NCBI GenBank assembly: GCA_016748015.1
Contig: JAAOMT010000764.1
Span: forward strand, 1-64,000
Direction: 5' to 3'
DNA length: 64,000 bases
From: Geosiphon pyriformis uo1
Taxonomy: Eukaryota > Fungi > Glomeromycota
Shown here in pieces: positions 1 through 12,300 of the stretch; position 1 is the stretch's first letter, and each line of letters begins with the position of its first letter. The position numbers and the translations under genes are program-made. Under the pieces are notes generated by a model. The model searched no databases and had not been told where the DNA came from. It saw only the letters and a list, made by a program, of their open reading frames with translations.

Positions 1-1148
1 TATATGATAGGTCGTGAATTGAATCCGCGTATCGGTTCGTTTGATATAAAATATTTTATCGAGCTTCGACCTGGATTATTTTCTTGGACAATCATTAATA
101 TAGCGATGGCAGCTAAGCAATATCAGGACCTTGGAAATTTAACAATGGGTATGTTTTTAGTGACGCTCTTTCAAGTATGGTATTGTGCTGATGGCATCTT
201 CAATGAGGTGTGTATCGAGCTAATAATTCAGGTTTAGGATTTAGTCATTTTGGAATATAATATCTATTTCAATTATTTTAGCCCGCAGTGTTAACTACCC
301 TGGATATCACAATGGACGGCTTTGGTTGGATGCTTTCATTTGGTAATATATCATGGGTAGCTTTTATGTACCCTTTACAAACGAGATATCTCGCATTGCA
401 TCCTGTCCATTTATCCTGGCTGCAGATTATAGGTATTGTGAGTTTAAAGGCAATCGGGTTTGCCATATTTCGTGGAGCAAATAATGAAAAGAATATTTTC
501 CGAACCAATCCTGACGATCCGAAAGTTAAGCGTATGTGTTTAAAATTACGTCATATCATTAAAATATAGTTATTCTAAATTTATACAATTAATATTGGTA
601 GATTTAAAGTATATATCAACAAAGGCTGGTTCACGTCTTATCACTTCTGGATGGTGGGGTAGAGCACGACACATAAACTATTTGGGCAAGTATAAAATTC
701 AAACTCTAAAACTCTCTTATAGTTCCTTTGCTAATTTTTATAATATAAGAAAGTTTCTCATATCTTTGTATCTCTAAAGGAGATTTTTTGATGTCATGTG
801 CATGGTGTTTGCCTTGTGGTAAGGAATTCTATACAACGTTCCAGATTCTCCAATCATCATCATCATTAATTGGATAATTATTTCTCAATGTTAAGGATTC
901 GACGATATCTTTCCCTACTTTTACCTTGTCTACTTTGCTGTACTCTTGGTGCACCGCGAGCTACGCGACGAAGCAAAATGTCAAAAAAAGTATGGAAAAG
1001 ATTGGACGCGCTATTGTGAGATTGTAAAATGGCGAATAATACCAGGTAAGCAGCAAAAATTCTCTTTTATTATTTTTAATTCAGTAGTCAGCTCTGGTTA
1101 TTTGAAAGATTCATCTAATACATTATTATTTCTCTAGGAGTTTATTGA
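1..1148 (+). CDS. ERG24: Delta14-sterol reductase (ERG4/ERG24 family), 5'-truncated by the window edge; exons 1-207, 282-531, 602-685, 780-818, 896-1045, 1138-1148
   Basis: Spliced translation gives [69 protein letters not shown]. All introns keep frame, and intron 686-779 is GC-AG. Confidence 0.92.
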
Positions 1149-1965
1149 AAGTTTACCTAATTTTTGTTATAGCTTTCGAATTTCACATCCTGAATATTTT
1201 GTAGCTTATTTTTGTTGATCAAAAATAAAATTTCAGACAAATTTATCATCCCTCTTCCATTTCTCACTAGTTAAACCATAAGAGGTATAACTCTCTGAAG
1301 TGATCCATGAATGTTAACAAATATTGTAGAAATGAGGCAATTTTTTTAGGCAAGTCAAATTTATATACTATTAACTGAGAGGCTGGAGGGTTATGATAAA
1401 CTATAAATTATCGTTCCATATTCTTTCCAAACTACCTATTTGCCACTAAACATCTTTGGATTTTATCTCCCACCTAAGATATATAATTATTTCTAAAAGG
1501 TTGTTAGGATATTTAAAGGTTAAGTTGTTTCCACACTAATTTTTTGAAAGGATAAAAAATGAAAATATACAATATTAGCGAGTGTTCCGAAGATCCAAAC
1601 GCCCTAGCCCAAAATATTTAATAATACAAAGTTCTACCGGATTGAACGGCAGGAAATTGAAAAATGTGTACAAGAAAGCAAAATTTGAAAATTCCTGAAA
1701 TCAGTTCAAAGGTTTTGTGTGTGAAATGACACACAAAACTCGGATAATTGGAAGGCGTTGGACTCCTGAGCCTTAAAGTGTAGGAGATAGATGCAGATGC
1801 GGATGGTAGAATATAGTGAGATATTAAACTCGAATTCCCAGCCCAGATCTTCGAATAATGCAATGTTTTATGGTGTTGCAAAGTTGAAGAGATATAGATA
1901 ACCTTCTCCTTCTAACTTGTTCTTCAGGAATATCAGGAAAGCTCGCGGTGCGTAAAAATGTTAAG

Positions 1966-3939
1966 CTACCGTTCATGAGTATCGGCATAACCATTGATAT
2001 GGCCATTTAGATATCCATTCATTGGATAACCATTTATGTAACCATTTTCTTCGGTGCTTACGTGACCATTTTCATATCCATGTGCGTACCCATTTGTATA
2101 CCCATTTGTATGCCCATTTGCATATTCATCCTTATAAAAATGCATAGATTCTTCAGATTGATCGTTTGTGACTCCATTTCCATCTCCAATAATGTATCCA
2201 TTCACATAGCCATTGGGATACCCATCATTGACCTTTCCAATAACTAAAAGCTCTTCGCTATCATGATTAACGTATAGTGGGTATAAAGGCCCATTTACAT
2301 AGAATCCGTAATTATTACCCGGATGGTGAGGATGAATAGGATGTGGGGGAGCCAATTGAATATTATTATTCCATTCATGTTCGTCACCATCATGGCTCAT
2401 TGATCTTCTGGCTAGTTGCAAACTGCCCAGTACGTAGTAATCCAAAATTGCAAACACTGAGGTAATTAAAACACTTATACGAAAGCCCATGTTCACCCAA
2501 TATCCATTTTTGAGCATATGAAAGTTTTCGTAAGGTCCAGCACTTTCAAATCTGGTTAGACCTAACACTCGGACTAGGGCGGGTAAAGAAGAGCTTATTA
2601 CCAACAACAAAGCAACATTGCCGATAGTTTTTTGCATGTTCATCCTCTCCCATCGGGGCCTTAATTGCGCAAAAGGCCTTTTCGAGTATACACCAATGAT
2701 GGTCGCCAAGGTGAAATAAAGTATTAAGGCAATCTCACTGAGCCTGCCTAAAGCACCAAAGATTTTGAGAAAAGAAGAAGTCTGTTTACCAAATACAGTT
2801 TCTAATGTTTTTTGTTGTTCTGTGTCGTTTTCCAAGACAAAAATTCCCTTGATAAAGTTAAACGAAACCAGGCCAATTAGGAGAAAAATAATAAAGTGAC
2901 TTAGCAAGAAAAGCAAAAAAAAGGATATATTGCGATAAAGTGGGGAATGAGAAAGGTCAGTTTGTATCTGATATCGTTCTAACTCGAGTTTTTTTAATTT
3001 TGCGCGAATTTCTTCTCCTTTGATCAATAATGTTTCCGATGGGGACTTGATATAACGAATATTGCTTGTTGAAGCATAAAGCTTTTGAGAAGATGAGGAA
3101 ATGGGAGAGGAAGCTGATGGAACGAGTGTTGCAGAACGAGACATAGAATCGGTATTCTTTGAATGCAATGCTCGTTCCACATCCTCCAATTTGTATTCCC
3201 ATGACCTGGTCTCCATTTTATTTTTCAAAAGACTATTCTTTAAGAATTTCCGATGATTTGGCCTTAGGGGCAAACGACTGATCCAAGAAAAAATTTCAAC
3301 ATAACCCTTTGGGGTCGCCGTTAGACAAATAATGCCACCACCCAGACAAGTTAAGAGATTGAGGACGACCAAATTTGGTAGATTATCCATTTGAAGAATA
3401 GATTTTGATACATATATGAAGCAATAAATTAACAGACCAACCAATAACATGATTGTTAAAGTCTCTCTAGCTTTAGCAAAGAAGTTTTTAAGTTGATCTG
3501 TCTCGTTGTAAAAGTATGCGAAAGGAAGCAGTCCAAACAAGGAGATATTACAACCGATGAAGGTGTAATTCCAAAGTGTCACCAAAAGGTTTGTGTCCAG
3601 CCAGCCCAAGTAATACTTGTAGCTTCCTGCCCGAAGTTCAATTAAAGCAGTTGCTGCCATTGTTCCTGGCAAAAGAAAGAATCCCGCGAAAGCCATTGCC
3701 AACCCTGCAGCACATAAGAATACCATTATCAAATTATCAATACCAAATGCATCCTCCTCCTCGTTTTCTATATCTTCTGCCTTATACTTGCGACGAAAGC
3801 GGCGTATAAGATTGTATGATGTAGAATAAAGGGAGAGGAAAAGTAACAAGACTATGATATTCTCACGAACAGCGTCATAGAATCGTTTTGCTTGTGCGTC
3901 CTCTGTGAGGTCATTGTTTGGTGTTTCTATTAAAGTCAT
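1966..3939 (-). CDS. LMBR1/LIMR-family multipass membrane protein, single exon, with a C-terminal NG(Y/H) low-complexity tail
   Basis: 657-aa ORF with FYDAVRENIIVLLLFLSLY, YYLGWL..LLVTLWNY, LFGLLPFAYFYNE, NMQKTIGNVALLLVISSSLPALVRVLGLTRF, matching LMBR1/LIMR motifs. There are two TM blocks around a coiled-coil loop. Confidence 0.85.
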   Translation of the reverse strand: MTLIETPNNDLTEDAQAKRFYDAVRENIIVLLLFLSLYSTSYNLIRRFRRKYKAEDIENEEEDAFGIDNLIMVFLCAAGLAMAFAGFFLLPGTMAATALIELRAGSYKYYLGWLDTNLLVTLWNYTFIGCNISLFGLLPFAYFYNETDQLKNFFAKARETLTIMLLVGLLIYCFIYVSKSILQMDNLPNLVVLNLLTCLGGGIICLTATPKGYVEIFSWISRLPLRPNHRKFLKNSLLKNKMETRSWEYKLEDVERALHSKNTDSMSRSATLVPSASSPISSSSQKLYASTSNIRYIKSPSETLLIKGEEIRAKLKKLELERYQIQTDLSHSPLYRNISFFLLFLLSHFIIFLLIGLVSFNFIKGIFVLENDTEQQKTLETVFGKQTSSFLKIFGALGRLSEIALILYFTLATIIGVYSKRPFAQLRPRWERMNMQKTIGNVALLLVISSSLPALVRVLGLTRFESAGPYENFHMLKNGYWVNMGFRISVLITSVFAILDYYVLGSLQLARRSMSHDGDEHEWNNNIQLAPPHPIHPHHPGNNYGFYVNGPLYPLYVNHDSEELLVIGKVNDGYPNGYVNGYIIGDGNGVTNDQSEESMHFYKDEYANGHTNGYTNGYAHGYENGHVSTEENGYINGYPMNGYLNGHINGYADTHER

Positions 3940-4994
3940 TACAAGACTTCACCACTTGTTGCTGGTCGGTTAAAAGTGGAAAGGTGTGAAGAGGGGGGAG
4001 GGGGGTTGACAATGCGTTTTGAGTGGGATTAGTTCAAGGCTGACTATACCGTAGAGTTTGGCTACGGGAGTGTTCTGACGACTATTTTCATTGGGGAAAA
4101 GGTAGAAGAGCCAACAAGAAAAGATGGCAGCGAGGAAGGGAAGATAAAATGTTAAAAACGCGTAAATATAGTGAGAGCAAAGACTAGGACTAAAATAAGG
4201 GTTATGGAAAGTACTTGATCAAAAATTCGAGTATTGCCTTTTTCTTCTAGTCACAAGAAAATAAAGCCTCGCACGATCCTTTAGTGGTTTTTTGACTGTT
4301 TATTCAAGTTTTTTTTTTACATTTCCGTAACTTTATGCCTGGTAATTTACGTGGAGAGACAGTTCGTTTTGCAGGACCACAGGATTGATGACGTTTCACC
4401 TATAAATCACATGGAACATTCGGTGGGACTAAAAAAGTTAGAATAAACTCCAAATTTTTTTTAAAAAGTCGGAAATCACACACATGATGAGATATTAGCC
4501 GTTGAAAAAATCAAGAATTCAACAAGTTTTCAAGGTTAAAATTCCCCGGATTTTAAATTTCATAACGCCTAACTGTGATATTTTTGACTCTAAAATGAGC
4601 AATCTTTTACTTAATCATTTTTTTATGTAAGACGTATCAAGCAATGACAATGGTGCGCTAATCAGTACGAAATGTATCTTGTCCAATAGATGATCGGTAT
4701 ACGTCACAAATTGTAAATATTTCAATCAGATCAGTATTACATGTGAATAAGAACTTTTGGGAATTACCTTAATTAGAAAATCTTTAGATCTTTTAAAAAA
4801 CTGATTTTCCCATTATTGTTATTATTATGAGGCGAAAAAAATTTTTCTTCTTAAATGTTATTTGTTGTGATTTCTAAATAAATAAAAATAAAGTTCACGA
4901 GAAGAAAATAACCATTAAGGTAATAAGATTTTTTTAGAAAATCCCCAAGTTTTTTAAATTTTTACTTGAGCATAAAAGTTATTAAAGATTATTC

Positions 4995-5033
4995 ATATGA
5001 ATATGGATATGGATATGAATATGAATATGAATA
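4995..5033. repeat. (ATATG[AG])n hexamer tandem repeat
   Basis: atatgaatatggatatggatatgaatatgaatatgaata read directly. Confidence 0.8.
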
Positions 5034-6004
5034 TTTATAATATTTATTCAAATATTGATTATTTATATTAATAAATTCATATATTTTTATTTTTAGAATA
5101 ATTCCATTGTAATGTTTAACCATTAAAAAAATAATTTACCAATCAAAAATAATAACAATAACAAAATGAGAATGAGTTGTAATATATTACAAAAATATGA
5201 TTAGAAAAATAAATAAAGCAAATCAAATAGAATTTTGGATAAAAAATTTAGTAATAATTTTTTGGTGCAATATTCTATTCAATTTATCGATCGAAATCAG
5301 AATGTATGACCCAAGATATATAAGAAGACCACAACTGTCAAAATTAAATTTTTGCTTGTAGTCAAAAATAAATCTAAAAAAGGGAACATTTATTTAATAT
5401 GAAAAAACCAATAGATGTTAATAGGTTCTCAGGTTCATATGATCCTTCCATTTTCTCGTGTATGAAATTTTGCAAAATGTTAAGAATCCTTGAAATGTAA
5501 TAATTCTTCTAAAACATTTATAATCACTCTTGATAAGAGTATTATTTCAATTAATATTTGGCTAAAAATAAAGAGACAGAAAATTAAATACATGTACTTT
5601 CTTTCTTTGGAATTTAGTTTAAAGCTCTCAAAAAGGTTTCTCGATTTTCTTTGCGCTTAAAATTCATAATTATAGAAATTTAGCTTTTTTTGGATTAATA
5701 AATATTGCAAAAAAAACAACTTTTCTTTTAAAAAAAACGTCTTTCAAAGTTTTATTAATCCTATTGATGACAATTATTAGTTTATATGAATATATTTTTG
5801 ATCAAGACCATCTCCCATACATGATTTATAAGTTTCCTCTTTTCATATAACTTTTTTGGCTTTTTAATTAATTATATTCAAAAGTTATACAAAATAATAT
5901 TTACGTAAACTTTATAGAACGTCCTAATATAGATTAGAATAATTTTTGGTTTCTACTTTTTGAACAGAATTTATCTATTCTATTATAAAGCCACCTATTA
6001 ATTT

Positions 6005-8262
6005 CTATCCTTTACAAATCTTTTCGTCACCCTTTAATTCATCCACTGGGTACAAAACTTTAGGTTCACCATCAATCTTTAACGGCACATTGCCATTTTT
6101 ATCCACGGTGACAACCTCCTCACATTTTACAACATTCACTAACTTTACACCTTCCTTCCATCGTCCATTCCCTTGTATCGTGATATTACGATTGACTTTC
6201 TCACCACTTCCGTAGTTACTTGTGACGACCAGCGCACGATCTTTCATGAATGCATAAATATGGTCATCAATCCATGCTTCCACTGACAATGAGGTGAAGT
6301 ACTTGTCTGGGAGCTGGTGGCGAAGTCTGTTGATTTGAGAAATGAATTTAAAGGTTGGTTTAGAAGTAGAATACTTTGAACCCCAAAGTGCTTCCCGGTT
6401 CCAGGGATCATTGCCGCCATTGGGGACTGAAGGGTTGCCATTGAAATCTTGTTCTGTTCCTTGGTAAATTATTGGAATTCCATCACTGAGTAAAGTGAAA
6501 GTTAATGCATTCCGGACAAGGAGCTGATCTTGTGTTTTTGATTGGAAGCGCTAGGAAACCATTTAATGAATTAATAATTATATAAAGGGATTTCTCACTA
6601 TGAAACTTGAAAATATTCACAATTTTATGTTTAAAATTAAAACACTCACCGGAACATCATGGCAATCCAAGAAGTTTCCAAGCACTGTGGTATCCTTAAA
6701 ACTCTTTCGATTATTATCCAATGAATCTCTCATTCGGTACATTGAAGTCCCAGGATTTGTATACAAATCGTTAATGGTATAATACATTGGATAACCTAGC
6801 GTTGAATCCATGTGATTCTGGTAATCACCCACATAATACGCATTTCCATCAGCAATCTCACCAATCGAGAAGACACTAGCTGCTTTAGTGAATCCGTCCC
6901 AGAAAGTTTTTTTGATATGTTTGACGGTGTCAATACGTATACCATCAAAGTTGTAGGTTTTTACGAGAGACTGAATCCATGAGTTTAGTTGGTTTGCCAC
7001 GTTTTGGTTTTCTATTAGGAGGAATTCCAGAAAGTTAGGTTTGTTGTAAAAATAAGATTTTCGTAAAAAAAATAAATTTTGCGAAAATTACCAGTATCAA
7101 GATCTTTATTTGAAAGGTAGTAGGGATTTTAAAAGAAAATTTAGTAAACAAGTTACTCTTATAAGAATCCCGCTTAAAAAAGCTCACTTTCTCAAAATAT
7201 TTGCTCACAAAAAAGAATACATACCAGGCAATGGCAAATCACCCCCAATGCTACAATATTCGACTTCATTTTGATCCTAAAAGCTAGAAGATTAGTAATC
7301 AAAGAAAGAGAAGTAGTTTGTTCTTGTTGAATTTCCCGATATTCAGGATTCTAATAGAATTTCGAAACTCACATCGTAATTCCTGATATCACAAAAAACG
7401 TGGTAATCGCTGGTACGATTGAATGGTATATACTTCCTAACATAAGAATCGGTTCGTGGGGTTTGACCACTTTGCGGACCCATATGATTACTATGAATTG
7501 GCACGTCAAGTGGAAGAATTTCGTTTATTTAAAAATTGAAAAAAGTTATTTTAAGGGTTGAGAAATAAGATATATACTCACGCAACAACATCAACCATAA
7601 CAAAAATTCCTTTATCCTGTGCCGTTTTGACAAGTTTTTTGAGTTGTTCTGGAGTTCCAAAATTGGAATTTATTTGAGTCAAGTCTTGAGCCCAATCTAA
7701 AGAAATTTTGGAGTAAGAATAAGTAAAAGATGACACGTTAAAGGATTTCATATATGTAATATAAAAACTTATGATTGTTAGGTATAAAAAAAATGATAGA
7801 TTACATCCATGCCATCCAACGCCGTACTGGCTATCTTCTTCAAATTGTTTTACGACGGGACTAATCCAAATTGCGTCAATTCCCTGATTAAAAAGATAAA
7901 TTTTAGCATTTTCAAAGCTTCAAATGTCTTCATTCCCGAAAACAGGATGTAAATTTCCAATTTCAACTAACAACCAAAGTGCGACTCACCAACTCCTCCA
8001 AATAATTCATTCTCTCAATAATTCCTTCAAAACTCCCACCACAATAGTGTCTTACTTCACTTTCTACAGTGTTTGACGCGCAAAGGGTTTGATTCTGGCT
8101 TGAGGAAGGTTGAGCGAATCTGTCGGTTAAAAGTTGATAAATTGTACGTCGACGCCATTCAGTTGAAGTTCCAGCTGATACCGAGTTTAGAGAGGAGGGA
8201 ATTAGTGTTTGCGAAAGGAGAAGAGATAAGGTTAGGGAGAGGAGAGTAAATGGATGTTTCAT
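6005..8262 (-). CDS. Secreted alpha-amylase, GH13 (Taka-amylase/GH13_1-like); exons 8262-7990, 7883-7805, 7696-7582, 7490-7373, 7276-7225, 7103-7092, 7011-6650, 6550-6005
   Basis: Signal-peptide-like N-terminus, WRRRTIYQLLTDRF, YCGGSFEGII, GIDAIWISPV, HGYWAQD, MVDVVANH, catalytic DGIRIDTVKH / GEIADG / DCHDVPRF, DGIPIIYQGTEQ, DPWNREALW. All introns are GT-AG and in frame. Confidence 0.93.
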
Positions 8263-8450
8263 TTTTCCGTGAGAGGTGATGCCAATTTATTGGTATATTT
8301 TTAAAAAAATTCTTTTAATTTCTCCGGATCAAAAATGTCGAAGAGATTGAAATTGAACTTTTTTTTGAAAAAACAGGGAGATATGAGAATCAATCTCAAT
8401 CTTTGAAATAATTCGAAAATATTGAGATACCAAAGAGTAGAGATATCCCA

Positions 8451-8458
8451 TTTTTATA
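8451..8458 (-). promoter_or_regulatory. Candidate TATA box of the amylase gene
   Basis: TATAAAAA about 190 bp upstream of the ATG. Weak evidence in AT-rich DNA. Confidence 0.3.
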
Positions 8459-9399
8459 AGTTCAAAAAAATTCATCTTTTGTTTTGCACGTTTTCAAAGA
8501 TAATAGACGAATCGGGCATTAAAAGAATTCATGACGGGCATCCTCTTATTGAGAACAACAGTTTTACCATAAGGGGAAAAATTCGATGAAATGTACTTGT
8601 GTCTCGTTAATGAATAAGAAGTGATGCATATTATTCAATCTGTGCAAGAAGGGAATTATTAATTTAATTGCATCTGTGATATCTTGTTGAAAGATATCTC
8701 CGTGGCTTGAAAATTTTTTTCAAAGGCTATAATAAATTTCCGCGACCAAATTAAGGATTCCAAATGAAATCAACAAAGCGTTCATTGAAAAATATTTATT
8801 GAAAAATATTTATTTGAATTATATTATTAGAGAAATTTAGAAAACAGGAATGTATCTGAAAGTATTAGGATCATTTAGGAAATAAACGGGATATTGATTT
8901 TCAAAGTGATTTTAATCTTTTGCAATATATGTATATTATATTATATGATATTATTATAATTTTTTTTAAATAAAACCCATCTCAAACAGAATTATTTCAT
9001 TTGATATTTTTGATACTTGAAAAATGCGATTTCTAAAATATAGTTTTACACTTAAATAGAAATAGTGAACTATAAAAATATTCGCACTGTAGCTTTAATT
9101 TACGAAACAAGATTCCAATTTTTGATTTTTAAAAATTTTAGTCTAAAAAACTTCACTTTATTTTGAAAACCTTATAAAAGTGTTGAAAGAATCCGGGATA
9201 TCTTATGAATAATTTGGAAATACTTTTAACAAAGACACATATTACAAGTACCAGTGACTCACAAAAGAGCACAAAAAATTCATATGAAAAATTAGACTTT
9301 TGAAAAAATAATTTAATTGTTAATAATTGTAAGTTTTTTTCATTGAACATTAGGTTTCATTGAACAGATTTCAAAAAGAAACTTTGAAAATAAATTTAA

Positions 9400-12300
9400 T
9401 ATTAGTAAAAACTTGATGATTATAAAACTTAAAGATCATTTATTCTTTTAAGTATCAGTATCAAAAACTAGTCAAGTATAAGTTCAATTTTTTTATATAA
9501 TTTGCAAAATTTTTTATAAATTATTTTATCCAAAATAAATTAAAATTCTGCAAATGTCTATTAATTGCATTTTAAAGTTATTTTATTTAATTGTATTTAA
9601 ATTATTGTTTTATTTGAAAAATTCACATTAATTATAACAGTATATGTGTTTAAAAAATTTATTACATTTTGTTGTGTCTTAAGCTTTAATATATTTTATT
9701 GTTAATTAAAATTTGAATTAATTATTAATGTAAAGTTAAATTTTTATTTTTATTTGCAAAAATTAGAGTGGTTTAATCACTATTTAATGTTATAAAACAT
9801 CCATATTATAAATTATAAATAATTTATGTTCTTGTTATATGTAATTAGTTATTTAAGCTAATTAAAGTTATATTATATTCTTATAATTAAACTTTTTTTG
9901 TCTACAATATCAGATAAGTAAAAACCAATAAGCAAAAGTTCAGAAATCAAGTAATTATCCATATTTAGTCCTAAATAATACAAAATATCCTTAGCAAAGT
10001 TATTATTATGTATCTTTTTTTATTATAAACATAAAAATATTTATTTATATTAATAATTACAGATATTATTGTTAATTAATCTCATTTTTTTATATTTAAT
10101 CTTCAATTTGTATTAAAAACCTAAATAATTAATTGTTAAATTATAAACAAAATTCACAATATTGTTAAAAGTTAAACTAAAAAATAAAAACTTTTTTACA
10201 AATTCAGTAAATTAAATTTTAAATATTATATTCTTGGCTATTATTATGTAAATATTATTATTATTTTTAATATATTATAATAACTATAAAACTAAAAAAA
10301 ACCCACAAAAACATTTGGCAAAAATATTTATTTGTATACATATTTATTAAAGATAAATTTTTTTTTGCCAAATTAAATGTATACAAAATACATATAATCC
10401 AAATTTTTTTTCTTATTATATTTAATATAGTTAATATTAATTTAGTCTTTGTTTTAAAAATTTAAAAAAAATTTAATTAATTTAGTTTTATAAAAGTTTA
10501 AAGTTATTTAATTATTAAAATATATTTTAACATAACTAAAATTAAATATATACTATAAAATTAAGACAATAATCTGAAGTTTAATTGAATTTAATAATAA
10601 AACACCATAAATATTTATATTTATATTTAAACTTAAGCCAAAAAAATACAATAATATTATTAATTATGTTATTAAAACTAATTTTCTTAAAAAATTATTT
10701 AAATATATAAACACAATTAATATATTTATTTTTTTAATTTGTAAATATAAAAATAATTAAAAGTATTAAAACATTTAGAATTGCTTATAATTTTAGATTG
10801 TAATTTTATTTAAATTTAATTTAATTCAACATATTCTATTAAATATTCAATAATTAAAATAAATTAATTAAAATTTTGTCTTTTAAAATCTAATTTTTTC
10901 TAATAACAAAAAATTTTTTATATTTATACAGAATTTTAATAATTTTGACCAAATAATTTTACATTAAATTAACTTATAATTTAAAATAAAAATAAATTCT
11001 CAAATTATTATTTTAATATTTGCAAATTTAATAAATAATCTATTTAAAATATTATTATTAAAAAAAATTTATTATAAATATAATTTTATTTTTAGTTTGT
11101 AATTGCTTAAATGTTTTAAAATTATATAACAAAAAATAATAAATAGTTTTATTTAAATTAAATCTAATTATTTTATTAATTAAAAAAAAAATTTTAAATA
11201 TTAATTAAAGTATATTACAAAAATAAACATATTATAAATAAAAAAAACATATTCTTAATTTTGTATTTAATTAAAATTACTACTGTTTTGTTATTATTTA
11301 TAGCTATATTATTTAAACAAAAAATTTACTTACAATATTTAAAATATTTATATAATTATATAGCTATTATTAATATAAATATATTCATAAAAAATGTTTT
11401 TTAAAACAGAAAAATTGTTATTATAAAAAATTTTATTATTTTTACAAGCTTTAAAAATTTTATTTAACAAAATTTTTAATAAATTATTAGAATTATAAGT
11501 TTTGTGTATTATTAGAATATTATTTAATTATAAAATTTAAAAATTATTGAAATTTAAGCTTTTTTTAAAAGTTTAAAATTTTTATTATTATTATACATAA
11601 ATTTAAAAGATTTAATAACAATTTTAAAACTTATTTAGAACTTAACTATTTTTTAAATAAATTTTTTACAATATCGAACAGTTTATTATAACTAATATAT
11701 TTTACAATACAGAAAAAACAATTATTATTTATATGGTTTAAAGTTTATATTAATATTTTTAAACAATAAAAATATTTTTACAAACTAAATATTTGTATAT
11801 TTAATTTTTTATAATAATATTTATTTTAAATTTAATAGCTTTAAAATTTAAAAAAATATTACTTTTAACAATTAAGTAATTTAAAATAACTTTTTTAAAA
11901 AGATATGTTAATATTTTTTTAAATATACAATTTTTATTAATTGTAAAATTCTTAATATGTTTGTTTATATATACTTAAATTCTAAATTTTTTAATTGTTT
12001 TAACTTTATTTATCTTAGAATTATAATAAAACTTTTTAATAATTAAACAAAAACAGATTTAAGTTTGTAAAATAATTATAAATATTTAACAAAATCTGAA
12101 ATTTATTGGTCTTTAAAAAAAACCAAAAATTACTAAATAAGTATTATTTTGTATTTTTTAATAAAATTATGCTAAACAAAAGTTTTTAAGATCTTTGAAA
12201 CAAATTTTTTTAAAAACCTAAAAATATTTTATTAATTATTTTATTGAATTTGCGAAATTTTGTTTTTATAAATATTTTATATAATATTCAGATTAATAAT

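Noticed and set aside
1618-3809. Short ORFs overlapping or just downstream of the LMBR1-like gene (and those antisense to the mei2-like and amylase exons)
   Set aside because: Shadow frames or UTR ORFs with no independent coding signal.
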